In this document: positions 38,967 to 49,544 of the stretch, piece after piece | Layout: the number at the start of each line of letters is the position of its first letter | Numbering within the stretch: the first letter of the stretch is position 1 | Origin: Bacillota bacterium | Lineage (GTDB): Bacteria > Bacillota_I > Bacilli_A > RF39 > UBA660 | Reading direction: 5' to 3' | DNA length: 64,000 bases | Assembly: GCA_015059495.1 (NCBI GenBank) | Contig: SVAI01000001.1 | Location: forward strand, 1,055,811 to 1,119,810 | Program-made: the position numbers and the translations under genes | The notes under the pieces: generated by a model | What the model saw: the letters and a program-made list of their open reading frames with translations, nothing else | Databases searched by the model: none | What the model was told of the DNA's origin: nothing

Positions 38967-39599
38967 ATGAAAAAAATTATATTTGTTTTTTTATTATGTT
39001 TAATTTTAATTAATATTAATGTTAAAGGTTCACTATACTTATCAGGTAAATATATAATTATAGATCCCGGACATGGTTCAAAAGATAATGGTACATCATA
39101 TAACAATATTTTAGAAAAAGATTTAAATTTATCCATATCAAAGATATTAGAACAAGAATTAATAAAAAATGGGGCAAGCACAAACTTAGTCAGAGAAGAA
39201 GATTATGACTTATCTTCTCCTAATGCTAAACGAAGAAAAAGAAGTGATTTTAATAATCGAATAGATTTTATTAACAAGTCTAATGCTGATATCTATTTAT
39301 CAATACATATTAACTATTTAGAAAATAATAAGTATAGTGGCTCACAAGTATTTTATTATGGTGATAGTAATAAAGAATTAGCAAATACTATTCAAATGTA
39401 TTTAAACAAGATTAATACTCCTAGAAGTATTAAAGAAATGCCCAATGTATATATGTATAATAAATTAAATATAAAAGGAGTCTTAATAGAGTGTGGTTTT
39501 ATATCAAATATTAATGATAGAAATAACCTTATAAATAAAGATTATCAACAACTTTTAGCTAAGACCATAACAGATGCTTTAATAGATTATTTCACATAA
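38967..39599 (+). CDS. N-acetylmuramoyl-L-alanine amidase (Amidase_3, CwlD-like)
   Basis: Signal/TM; IIIDPGHGSKDNGTS, SIHINY, GVLIECGFISN zinc-amidase motifs. Confidence 0.7.
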   Translation: MKKIIFVFLLCLILININVKGSLYLSGKYIIIDPGHGSKDNGTSYNNILEKDLNLSISKILEQELIKNGASTNLVREEDYDLSSPNAKRRKRSDFNNRIDFINKSNADIYLSIHINYLENNKYSGSQVFYYGDSNKELANTIQMYLNKINTPRSIKEMPNVYMYNKLNIKGVLIECGFISNINDRNNLINKDYQQLLAKTITDALIDYFT

Positions 39600-39682
39600 T
39601 TTTCACATTATTTATATAAAAAAAACACTATAAAGGTATATCATTTAATTATCACATGTGGTATAATCTAACAGAATAGGTG

Positions 39683-40621
39683 ATGCATGTGGAAAAGACA
39701 TTTAAAACACTCGATGAGCAAGTATCCATATTAATTAAAAAGGGATTAATAATAAGTGATATCAACTATACTAAAGATGTTCTTTTAAGAGAGAACTACT
39801 TCTTTCTTATGGGTTATAGACACTTATTCTTCAAAAGTGAAAAGGATAGAGAATTCATTCCTGGAACTACTTTTGATGAACTATATTCAGTATTTAATTT
39901 TGATAGACGAATAAGAAATATCTTATTTAAAAATATCTTAATAGTAGAAAACAATGCTAAGAGTATATTTTCTTATCAATTATCTAAAAACTATGGATAT
40001 AGAGAAAAAGATTATATTAATCCAAGAAACTTTACTAAAGAAGCTAGTAGAAGAAGACAAGTAAATGATCTTTTAAAGAAAATGCAAAGACAAATAAGAA
40101 TCAATGGTGGACAACATAGTGCAACAATGCACTACTTAAGTAATTATGGTTACTTACCACTATGGATTGCAGTTAAAGTATTATCTTTTGGTATTGTATC
40201 TGAATTATTTACAATACTAAAACAAGAAGATCAACAAGCTATAGCACAAATATATGGAATACCAATTGATGATTTAATTCAATATTTTCCAATATTAGCA
40301 AATTATCGTAATCTATGTGCTCATGAAGATATTTTATTTGATCATAAATCTCAAAGAATAATTCAAGATACTAAATATCATAATTATTTGAATATTCCTA
40401 AAATGGATGGAGAATATATTTATGGTAAAGATGATCTATTTGCTTTAATAATAATATTAAAGAGAATTCTAAGAGATGAAAACTTCCATCAACTAATTCA
40501 AGAAATATCATATGAAATGGATATATTAAGCGGAAAACTTAAAACCATAACTATAGACAAAGTTATGGATATGATGGGATTCCCATCAAATTATAAAAAT
40601 ATACTAAGGACGGATTTATAA
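39683..40621 (+). CDS. Abi_2-family (AbiD/AbiF-like) abortive-infection-like protein
   Basis: Architecture and motifs (PLWIAVKVLSFGIVSELF, NYRNLCAHEDILFDHK) reminiscent of Pfam Abi_2; extended -10 TGgTATAAT at 39658-39667 just upstream. Confidence 0.5.
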   Translation: MHVEKTFKTLDEQVSILIKKGLIISDINYTKDVLLRENYFFLMGYRHLFFKSEKDREFIPGTTFDELYSVFNFDRRIRNILFKNILIVENNAKSIFSYQLSKNYGYREKDYINPRNFTKEASRRRQVNDLLKKMQRQIRINGGQHSATMHYLSNYGYLPLWIAVKVLSFGIVSELFTILKQEDQQAIAQIYGIPIDDLIQYFPILANYRNLCAHEDILFDHKSQRIIQDTKYHNYLNIPKMDGEYIYGKDDLFALIIILKRILRDENFHQLIQEISYEMDILSGKLKTITIDKVMDMMGFPSNYKNILRTDL

Positions 40622-40622
40622 T

Positions 40623-41717
40623 ATGAAAAAGAGTAATATAAGATTATTTATAGCAATTATTATTAGTTTAGCTATTGGTGCTGCAGGAATGTATTTCTTT
40701 ACTATTACTTTTGGTGCAACTACAATTATAAATAAGAGTGAAAAAGAAGTAACAGTAACTGATTCAGGTATTGCAGATGCTGTAGAAAAAGTATATGATT
40801 CAACAGTTATTGTTGAAGTATATAAAAATAATAAACTATATGGTTCAGGTTCAGGATTTATCTTCGAAAAAGATAATGATGTATATTATGTAATGACTAA
40901 TAACCATGTAGTAACTGAAGCTACTTCAGTAAAAATTATTTTAACTGATGGTTCAACATATGAGACAACTAAGATTGGCTCAGATCAATATTTAGATGTA
41001 GCAGTCTTATCATTTAAATCAGATAAAGATATCAAAGTAGCTGAAATAGGATCATCTGAATCTATGAGAGTAGGAGATACAGTATTTACTGTTGGAGCTC
41101 CAATTGATTCAAATACATATTCATGGACAGTAACTAGAGGTATTTTATCAGGTAAAGATAGAATGGTAAGTGTATCTACTTCTAACTCTACTGTTGCAGA
41201 TTACATAATGAAATCACTACAAACTGATGCTACTATTAACTCTGGTAACTCAGGTGGACCACTATGTAATGCTAATGGTCAAATTGTTGGAATCACAAAT
41301 ATGAAATTAGTTTCTTCATCAATCGAAGGTATGTCATTTGCTATTCCAATTGAACAAGCACTAACTTATGCTAAGAAATTAATGAAGGGTGAAGATACAA
41401 CAAGACCAACACTTGGAGTTCAAATGGCAGATTTAAGTGCAGCAAGTGCTTTATACTATAAATATAATATAATAATTCCAGATGATGTTGAAGAAGGAGT
41501 AGTAGTTGTAAAAGTTGTAGAAAAATCAGACGCTGAAAAAGCCGGAATCGAAGCTGGTGATATTATCACTAAAGTAGGAGAACAAAAAGTAACAACTATG
41601 GCACAACTAAAATATCAACTATATCAACATAATATTGGAGATAAATTAAATATTACTTTACTAAGAGATGGTAAAGAAAAGACAGTTGAAGTTACTTTAA
41701 CTAAAACTGAAAGCTAA
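40623..41717 (+). CDS. htrA: HtrA/DegP-family serine protease (trypsin-like + PDZ)
   Basis: N-terminal TM; catalytic triad context (TNNHVV, D, GNSGGPL); C-terminal PDZ; start 1 nt after the Abi_2 stop. Confidence 0.8.
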   Translation: MKKSNIRLFIAIIISLAIGAAGMYFFTITFGATTIINKSEKEVTVTDSGIADAVEKVYDSTVIVEVYKNNKLYGSGSGFIFEKDNDVYYVMTNNHVVTEATSVKIILTDGSTYETTKIGSDQYLDVAVLSFKSDKDIKVAEIGSSESMRVGDTVFTVGAPIDSNTYSWTVTRGILSGKDRMVSVSTSNSTVADYIMKSLQTDATINSGNSGGPLCNANGQIVGITNMKLVSSSIEGMSFAIPIEQALTYAKKLMKGEDTTRPTLGVQMADLSAASALYYKYNIIIPDDVEEGVVVVKVVEKSDAEKAGIEAGDIITKVGEQKVTTMAQLKYQLYQHNIGDKLNITLLRDGKEKTVEVTLTKTES

Positions 41718-41718
41718 A

Positions 41719-41745
41719 AGATAGCTAATGCTATCTTTTTTTTAT
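41719..41745 (+). terminator. Rho-independent terminator after htrA
   Basis: aagatagctaatgctatctt followed by a T-run. Confidence 0.6.
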
Positions 41746-41764
41746 TAATTATTATATAATTATT

Positions 41765-42154
41765 ATGGTGATTATTATGAAACAACTTAAAACAATATCA
41801 ATAGTATGGGGATTACTTATCCTTGTAGTATTTACATGTTTAACTATATTTGCTTTAAAATGGAAAAAAGATATTTATCCATATACTTTATTAGAAGACA
41901 AATTAGTAACAGCTACTAAGAAATTTTATGAACAAAAATATTCATATCCTGCTAAAGGTCAATCAACATATATAACTTATGATGAACTAAAAGAAAACGA
42001 AATGATTGATGAACTTAAAAAAGATGATGATACTTGTACAGGATTAGTTAAAGTTACTATGAATAATGTAGTTGAGTATAAAGCATATATTAAATGTGAT
42101 AAATATACAACAAAAGAATATGATAAATATATAGATTATATTAATAAAAAATAA
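41765..42154 (+). CDS. Hypothetical membrane-anchored protein
   Basis: 129 aa; N-terminal TM. Confidence 0.3.
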   Translation: MVIIMKQLKTISIVWGLLILVVFTCLTIFALKWKKDIYPYTLLEDKLVTATKKFYEQKYSYPAKGQSTYITYDELKENEMIDELKKDDDTCTGLVKVTMNNVVEYKAYIKCDKYTTKEYDKYIDYINKK

Positions 42155-42186
42155 TAGATATAATTTATATAAAGAAAGGACTAATT

Positions 42187-43282
42187 ATGGAAATTGAATT
42201 ATTAGAAAATAAAATAAATGATTATGAAGATAAATTAAATACAATCAGGAGGTCTCTTTGACTTAGACAAAAAAGAAAGTGAAATAGCTTCACTTGAACA
42301 AGAAATGTCTAAGGATAACTTTTGGGATGATATAGATAATGCTAATAAGATTAATCAAAAGTTAACTAATTTAAAAAAGAGTATTTCTTCATACAAAAAA
42401 TTAAATGATATGGTATCAACAAGTAAAGAAATGATACCACTAATTAAAGAAACAAATGATAATGATTTATATAATGAAACATTAAATGAATTAAATGGCT
42501 TAGAATCAGAAATAAGTGAACTTGAATTATCAACATTATTAAATGGTGAATATGATAGTTTAAATTGTTTCTTAGAAATACATCCTGGAGCAGGTGGAAC
42601 TGAGTCATGTGACTTTGCATCAATGCTTTACCGTATGTATACAAGATTCTTTGAAAAGAATGATTATAAATATGATGTAATAGATTTTGAAAAAGGTGAA
42701 GAAGCTGGAGTAAAATCAGTTACCTTACTAGTTAAAGGGTTTTATCCATATGGATATTTAAAAAATGAAACAGGTGTACATCGTCTTGTTAGAATTTCAC
42801 CATTTGATTCAAATGCTAGACGTCATACATCATTTGCTTCTGTTATGGTAACACCAGAATTTGATAATAATATAACAATAGATATTAAAGAAACAGATTT
42901 AAAAATAGATGTGTATCATTCATCTGGTGCAGGTGGACAATCAGTAAATACATCAAATAGTGCTGTACGTATTACACACTTACCAACAAAAACAGTTGTA
43001 ACATGCCAAGTTGAAAGATCTCAACTTAAAAACAAAGAGATGGCAATGCAAATGCTTAAATCAAAACTGTTCCAACAAGAATTAGCTAAACAACAAGAAA
43101 AGTTAAGTGACGTTAAAGGTCAAACTATGGAAATTAACTTTGGTTCACAAATAAGAAACTATGTCTTAGAACCATATAGACTAGTTAAAGATTTAAGAAG
43201 TAATTATGAAACTTCTAATACCGATAAAGTATTAGATGGTGATATAATGCCTATAATAGAATCTCTATTAAAAAATAAATAA
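42187..43282 (+). CDS. prfB: Peptide chain release factor 2 (programmed +1 frameshift)
   Basis: Frame 0: ATG 42187...AGGAGG TCT CTT TGA (stop 42259-61); +1 frame from GAC 42260 continues to 43282; SPF (RISPFDS) and GGQ motifs present. Confidence 0.85.
42247..42262 (+). other. prfB autoregulatory +1 frameshift site (internal SD AGGAGG + CTT TGA C)
   Basis: Canonical RF2 frameshift window AGGAGGtctCTTTGAC. Confidence 0.8.
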
Positions 43283-43293
43283 GGAGTTGTGCT

Positions 43294-44151
43294 ATGAGTA
43301 ATATTAATAAATATATGCATTTAATAGTAGGTGTATTAATTGAAGCATTAGGTTTCACTCTATTTTTACAACCTAATAACTTAGCAGCTACTGATGTATC
43401 AGGTTTAGCTTTAATATTTAACAATTTATTTAATATTAATATATCTATGTTTGTACTTATATGTAATACATTATTAATATTAGTTTCATATGTATGTTTA
43501 GGTAAAGAAAAAACACTTAAAACTGTAGTAGGTTCATTTTTATTACCTTTATTTATATTCTTAACTGGAGGAATAAGTAATATCATTAAATTTGAAGGAG
43601 TAGATACATTAATACTTGCTTTAATGGGTGGTATCTTATCTGGTATAGGTAATGGTATGGTATTCAAAGCAGGTTATACTTCTGGTGGAACAGATATAGT
43701 CGAAGAAGTTTATTGTAAATACTATAAAATGACTTTAGGTAAATCTATACTTATCGTTGATGGTTTTGTAGTATTACTAGGTGGATTTGTATTTGGTATA
43801 GAAAAGATGATATACGCTATGCTAGCACTATTTATGATGTCATTATTTTCTAATAAGAAACTAATCGGAGTAGATGAAGATAAATTAATACTAATAACTA
43901 CTAAAAAGAAAAAACTAGTAACTAAATATATAACTGATAACTATCACTATGGAGTAACTATACTAGATGGTGTAGGTAGATATTCTAAAAAAGAAAGTGA
44001 TTTTATTATGTGTTCAGTAGCATCAAGAAACTACTATAAAATAAAAACAGATATTAAAAAACTAGAACCAGATTCATTTATGGTAGTATTAAATTCTTAT
44101 GAAACTAAATATATAAATAAAGAAGAAAGAAAAAGAAGACGTAAGCAATAA
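43294..44151 (+). CDS. YitT-family membrane protein (DUF161 + DUF2179)
   Basis: 285 aa; N-terminal polytopic domain IVGVLIEALGFTLFLQPNNLAATDVSGLAL typical of YitT; soluble C-terminal domain. Confidence 0.55.
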   Translation: MSNINKYMHLIVGVLIEALGFTLFLQPNNLAATDVSGLALIFNNLFNINISMFVLICNTLLILVSYVCLGKEKTLKTVVGSFLLPLFIFLTGGISNIIKFEGVDTLILALMGGILSGIGNGMVFKAGYTSGGTDIVEEVYCKYYKMTLGKSILIVDGFVVLLGGFVFGIEKMIYAMLALFMMSLFSNKKLIGVDEDKLILITTKKKKLVTKYITDNYHYGVTILDGVGRYSKKESDFIMCSVASRNYYKIKTDIKKLEPDSFMVVLNSYETKYINKEERKRRRKQ

Positions 44152-44207
44152 CTTGATATTATTGCTTTTTTTGTGTAAAATAAGGCATAAATGAAAGGGA
44201 CTTATTT

Positions 44208-45491
44208 ATGATTGAATCATTAAACTATTTAAAAAGTATCTTAAGTTTAGATTCTACAGTAGTAGTAGGTGTATCAGGTGGACCTGATTCAATGTGCTTA
44301 CTACATCTTTTGTGTGATTTAAAAGAACAATTAAATTTAAGAATTGTTGTTGCTCACATGAATCATAAAGTAAGAAAACAAAGCGATGAAGAAGCTAAAT
44401 ACGTTGAAGAATTTAGTAAAGAAAATGATTTAATCTATGAATACTTTGAATTATCTACAATCCCTAAAGCAAACTTCCATAGTGAAGCAAGAATTATTAG
44501 ATATAAATTCTTTAATGAATTAATTGATAAATATAAAGCGTCATACTTAATGACTGCTCATCATGGTGATGATTTAATCGAAACTATTTTAATGCGTATT
44601 CAAAGAGGATCTAACTTAAAGGGTTATTCAGGTTTTGATATTATCACAGATAAAGGATCATATAAACAAGTTAAACCACTTATCTTCTATACTAAAAAAG
44701 ATATCGTAGATTATATGGATAATAATAACTATAAATATTATATTGATCATACTAATAATGAAAATGATTACTTAAGAAATAGATATAGACATTATATTCT
44801 TCCTAAACTACATGAAGAATATGAACTAATTCATAAAAAATATTTAAAGTATTCTAATACTATATCTGAAGCAGATGACTTTATTAATAAATATACTAAA
44901 GAAGTATTAAGTGAAATCTATGTTGATAACACATTATTTATTAACAAGTTCTTACGTCAAGAAAAAATTATTCAAAGAAGAATAATTGAATATATTTTAT
45001 CTACACTATATATAGATGACTTATATAAAGTTAATGATAATAATGTTGATGAAATTCTAAAAGCAATCAATAGTAATAAAACATATGTTAAAATTAAACT
45101 TCCTAATAATCATATTATCTTTAAAGAATATGATGAACTATATGTTGATAAAGACATAATTATTAACAATGTAAAAATAATGGAAGTTAAAGAATCATCA
45201 GATACATCTAATTATACTATTAGACTTAACTCTAAAGAAATAAAGATGCCACTAGTCTATAGAACAAGAAAAGATGGAGATAAGATGACAATTAAAAATA
45301 TGGATCATGCTAAAAAAATTAAGGATATTTTTATAGATTTAAAAATACCTTTATACAAAAGAGATGAAATAATTCTAGTATGTGATAGTGATGATAATAT
45401 CTTATGGATACCTGGATATAAAAAATCTAAGTATGATAAAGATATAAATGACAAGTTTGATATAGTGTTAACTTGTAAAAAAAATAAATAA
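44208..45491 (+). CDS. tilS: tRNA(Ile)-lysidine synthetase
   Basis: PP-loop SGGPDS (VGVSGGPDSMCLL); tilS...ftsH neighbourhood. Confidence 0.8.
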   Translation: MIESLNYLKSILSLDSTVVVGVSGGPDSMCLLHLLCDLKEQLNLRIVVAHMNHKVRKQSDEEAKYVEEFSKENDLIYEYFELSTIPKANFHSEARIIRYKFFNELIDKYKASYLMTAHHGDDLIETILMRIQRGSNLKGYSGFDIITDKGSYKQVKPLIFYTKKDIVDYMDNNNYKYYIDHTNNENDYLRNRYRHYILPKLHEEYELIHKKYLKYSNTISEADDFINKYTKEVLSEIYVDNTLFINKFLRQEKIIQRRIIEYILSTLYIDDLYKVNDNNVDEILKAINSNKTYVKIKLPNNHIIFKEYDELYVDKDIIINNVKIMEVKESSDTSNYTIRLNSKEIKMPLVYRTRKDGDKMTIKNMDHAKKIKDIFIDLKIPLYKRDEIILVCDSDDNILWIPGYKKSKYDKDINDKFDIVLTCKKNK

Positions 45492-45539
45492 TTCATAGAA
45501 AACTATGCTATAATAGATAGTATTGAAAAGGAGATTATT

Positions 45540-47507
45540 ATGAAGAAAAAAGAAGATTTTGTAAAGACATCATTTCCTTATATTATTTTAGGATTAGTAA
45601 TTATCATTGCATTCCTATTTTATAATAATACAAGATTTGAAGTACATGAATTAACTACTGGTGAATTAATGAGTGCTATTAAAGATTCTAAAGTATCTGA
45701 AATAACAATTACGCCTAAAAGTAGTGAATCAGTATATTATATAACTGGTAAATTAACTGATTATAAAGAAGGAGAATCATTTACTTCTAAAGTAGTAGAA
45801 GAAGAAGTATCATCAGTTGTTGAATATAAAAATAACAACAATTTAAAATCATATGATACTAATAAAGATCCAGGATCATCTACTATATTATATATAGTTG
45901 TTAATGTAGTACCAATTGTAATTTTAGCTTTTGCAGCTTACTTACTATTTACTAAACTTGCTATGTCTAATAACAAATCAATGGATTTTGGTAAGAGTAG
46001 AGCAAGATTAGAAGAAGGCGGAAAAGTTAAATTTAAAGATGTAGCTGGATTGAAAGAAGAAAAAGAAGAAGTAGAAGAAATCATAGATTTCTTAAAGAAT
46101 CCAAAGAAATTCCAAAAAATGGGTGCAAGAATACCTAAAGGTGTATTACTTGTAGGACCTCCAGGAACAGGTAAAACATTACTTGCTAAAGCTGTTGCTG
46201 GTGAAGCAAATTGTCCATTCTACTTTATCTCAGGTTCAGACTTCGTTGAATTATTCGTAGGTGTTGGTGCCTCTCGTGTTAGAGATATGTTTAAACAAGC
46301 TAAACAAAGTGCTCCATGCTTAATATTCATCGATGAAATTGATGCTGTTGGTAGAGAAAGAGGAACTGGACTTGGTGGTGGACATGATGAAAGAGAACAA
46401 ACACTAAACCAATTATTAACTGAAATGGATGGTTTTGGTGCTAACGAAGGAATCATAATCATGGCTGCAACAAACAGACCTGACGTTTTAGACCCAGCAC
46501 TTTTAAGACCAGGACGTTTTGATAGACAAATCACTGTATCTCTTCCTGATTCAAATGAAAGAGAACAAATCTTAAAAGTACATGCACAAGATAAGATCTT
46601 AGCTAAAGATGTTAACTTAGCTGCAATATCAAAAAGAACACCAGGATTTAGTGGAGCTGATTTAGAAAACTTATTAAATGAAGCTGCATTACTTACTGTA
46701 AGAAGAAATAAAGACGCTATCACAATGGATGAAATTGATGAAGCTACAGATAGAGTTATCTTAGGACCTGCTAAGACATCAAGAAAGATAACTGAAAAAG
46801 AAAAGAGATTAGTTGCAATCCACGAATCTGGACATGCAGTAATCGGACTTAAACTTCCTGATGCTGAAGAAGTTCACAAGATAACAATCATACCAAGAGG
46901 TATGGCTGGCGGATATACAATGATGCTTCCAAAAGAAGAACACATTGGTATTTCTACAAAAGAAGAATTAGAATCTCGTATCACTGGATTACTTGGTGGT
47001 AGAGCATCTGAAGAATTATTCTTAGGTCAAATTACTACTGGTGCATCTGATGACTTTAAAAAAGCAACATCAATTGCACGTGCAATGGTAACTGAATATG
47101 GTATGTCAGAACTAGGAACTATTCAATTTGAACAAAAGAGTGAAGGAGTATTCTTAGGTAGAGATTATAATAAATCTAAGAACTTCTCTGACCAAGTTGC
47201 TTTAGAAATAGATAAAGCTGAAAGAAAGATTATTGATGAATGTTATGCTAAGGCTAAAAAAATCTTAAAAGAAAATGAAAAATTAGTTCATTTACTTGCA
47301 GATGCTTTAGTAGAATATGAAACATTAACTAAAGAACAAATTGAATCACTAGTTGAAACTGGAACTTTTAATCCAAATGATGAAGCAACATCAAATGAAA
47401 CAACTATGTTAAAACTAAAAGAAGTTGCTAAAGCTAAAGGTATTAAAGGTTATACTAAAATGACTAGAGAAGAACTAGAACAAAAAATAGAAGAATCAGA
47501 TAAATAA
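45540..47507 (+). CDS. ftsH: ATP-dependent zinc metalloprotease FtsH
   Basis: Two TM, AAA Walker [12 protein letters not shown], zinc motif HESGHA. Confidence 0.95.
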   Translation: MKKKEDFVKTSFPYIILGLVIIIAFLFYNNTRFEVHELTTGELMSAIKDSKVSEITITPKSSESVYYITGKLTDYKEGESFTSKVVEEEVSSVVEYKNNNNLKSYDTNKDPGSSTILYIVVNVVPIVILAFAAYLLFTKLAMSNNKSMDFGKSRARLEEGGKVKFKDVAGLKEEKEEVEEIIDFLKNPKKFQKMGARIPKGVLLVGPPGTGKTLLAKAVAGEANCPFYFISGSDFVELFVGVGASRVRDMFKQAKQSAPCLIFIDEIDAVGRERGTGLGGGHDEREQTLNQLLTEMDGFGANEGIIIMAATNRPDVLDPALLRPGRFDRQITVSLPDSNEREQILKVHAQDKILAKDVNLAAISKRTPGFSGADLENLLNEAALLTVRRNKDAITMDEIDEATDRVILGPAKTSRKITEKEKRLVAIHESGHAVIGLKLPDAEEVHKITIIPRGMAGGYTMMLPKEEHIGISTKEELESRITGLLGGRASEELFLGQITTGASDDFKKATSIARAMVTEYGMSELGTIQFEQKSEGVFLGRDYNKSKNFSDQVALEIDKAERKIIDECYAKAKKILKENEKLVHLLADALVEYETLTKEQIESLVETGTFNPNDEATSNETTMLKLKEVAKAKGIKGYTKMTREELEQKIEESDK

Positions 47508-47576
47508 TCTGATTCTTTTTTAATTGATAAAAGTATATATTTTTGATAAAATCTATTTTAGAATAGAGGAAATTAA

Positions 47577-49532
47577 ATGAAGAATAAGGGATTTACTTTA
47601 ACTGAAATAATAGCAGTAATAGTTATACTTGGAATACTAATTGCTATAGGTACTCCAGTATACTTTACAATATCTAATAATACAAAACAAAAAGAACTTA
47701 ATAACAAACTTGAATATTTAAAAGCACAAGCTATTAAATATGCTGAAGAAAATACTATTGATACATCTAAAACTATTGCAGCAGGAGCTTTAGTATATGA
47801 TGGTTATGTAGTAGCAGATAAATATGTAAAAGAACAAGGTGAAGAAATTCCATTTATAATTAATCCGGCAGACGATGATGATAATCTAGCCTGTAGAATT
47901 ATTAATATTGGAGTTAATGATTATGACTACACAGCTAAAGTAACAGATGATAGCAATTGTGACTTAATTAATGAAGATACTTTTGCAAATGAAATAGGCG
48001 TTAAAGTATATAAATATTACAATAATACTTTAACTGAATTAATAGATATAAAAGAAGAGAATAAGAACTGGGTTAATACTGATGTAGCAGTTGTAATTAA
48101 TCCAACTTATGAAAATATTTTAAGTACAAGAATAACTCATCAAGGAAAAACAATTGAAGTAAATAAAAACAATATTTTAACTGAACCATCAATAGGATTA
48201 AGAATTAATCAAGCTTATTCTAATGTAGTTATTGTTACAGCAGCTACTGTATTAAAAGATGAAATACATGTAGCAGTTCAAACAAAAGACTCAATTAAAA
48301 ATGCTGTAATTAAAATTAATATAGATAAAGAAGAACCAGGAATTAAATCAAGTGCATATGACGGATGGACTAAAAAAGATGGTAAGAATGCCAAAGCATA
48401 TGTAAGCGATGGTAATGGATCAGGTGCTAAATATGTATATATTACTGCTGAAAATAATATAGGTATGAAAAATATTTATAATAGATTTGAAGTAATAGAT
48501 GAAGTAGCTACTATTAATCATGGATATGATTTATATGAAGGTGTTAATACACCATTATCAAATGGCACATATTACTTATGGGCAGAAGATGAAGTAGGAA
48601 ACGTAACTTCATATTCAACTGAATTAGTAATATCTAATTCTGATGCTATAGCACCAACATGTGAAATAAGAAATGATAATTCAGTATGGAAAACTGAAAC
48701 AAGAAAAATTATTTATGGATGTGTTGATAATGAATCAGGATGTTCAGTTGACAACAGTGGATATTCTAAAGATGTTAATTATTCAACTAAAAAACAAATA
48801 ATGGAACAAACAACACTAGTTGATAATACAGGAAATGAAACAGTTTGCCCTGAAAGAATAGTTGATGCATATGTTGATATAGATAATCCATATATTGAAT
48901 CTATAAGTGTTCAATCGCAAGATAGTAGATTTAATACTACTAATACAAACGTTGTAGTAAAAGCTAAAGATGATCACAGTGGATTAAAATCAGTTTGTGT
49001 ATTAATAGATGATAAAAAAATAGAACATTGTAAATGGGTAGATGTAGATGCTACAACTATTGATACAATTCATAACGAGGGACCTATATCATATACATTT
49101 AAAGTACCAACTACTATTGGTAGATATGACAGAAAATCTCCAGCATCATATCAAGTATATGCATATGTAAAAGATATTTTAGGACATGTAAGTGAAATTA
49201 AATCTAAGTCATATGCTACATATAAATACTGTGATGCCCAAACAAGAACTGGTGAGTCTGGTTATGGAGGCTGTTCAGCAGATTGTGGTGGCGGATCACA
49301 ATCAAGAACTGTATATTATAGTGATAAGTACTTCTCAAATCAAACTTGTCCAAATGGTTCTGAAAGTCAAAGCTGTAATACTCACGATTGTCCATCAAGC
49401 AGCGAAAGTGATTGCTGTACTTCTGCATCAGAAACAGACGGACATGGTTCTGGACCTGGACACTGGGGATGTACATGTGCAGACGGTTCATGGCATGGTG
49501 GATGTAGTGGACCTGGAGCATCAGATTGCTAA
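47577..49532 (+). CDS. Large type IV pilin-like (class III signal) protein with Cys-rich thrombospondin-type-1-like C-terminus
   Basis: N-terminus MKNKG|FTLTEIIAVIVILGILIA matches prepilin cleavage/methylation motif (G/FTLxE); C-terminus GCSADCGGGSQSR...CPNGSESQSCNTHDCP resembles a TSP1 repeat; 651 aa. Confidence 0.5.
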   Translation: MKNKGFTLTEIIAVIVILGILIAIGTPVYFTISNNTKQKELNNKLEYLKAQAIKYAEENTIDTSKTIAAGALVYDGYVVADKYVKEQGEEIPFIINPADDDDNLACRIINIGVNDYDYTAKVTDDSNCDLINEDTFANEIGVKVYKYYNNTLTELIDIKEENKNWVNTDVAVVINPTYENILSTRITHQGKTIEVNKNNILTEPSIGLRINQAYSNVVIVTAATVLKDEIHVAVQTKDSIKNAVIKINIDKEEPGIKSSAYDGWTKKDGKNAKAYVSDGNGSGAKYVYITAENNIGMKNIYNRFEVIDEVATINHGYDLYEGVNTPLSNGTYYLWAEDEVGNVTSYSTELVISNSDAIAPTCEIRNDNSVWKTETRKIIYGCVDNESGCSVDNSGYSKDVNYSTKKQIMEQTTLVDNTGNETVCPERIVDAYVDIDNPYIESISVQSQDSRFNTTNTNVVVKAKDDHSGLKSVCVLIDDKKIEHCKWVDVDATTIDTIHNEGPISYTFKVPTTIGRYDRKSPASYQVYAYVKDILGHVSEIKSKSYATYKYCDAQTRTGESGYGGCSADCGGGSQSRTVYYSDKYFSNQTCPNGSESQSCNTHDCPSSSESDCCTSASETDGHGSGPGHWGCTCADGSWHGGCSGPGASDC

Positions 49533-49544
49533 AAGGAGAATAAT

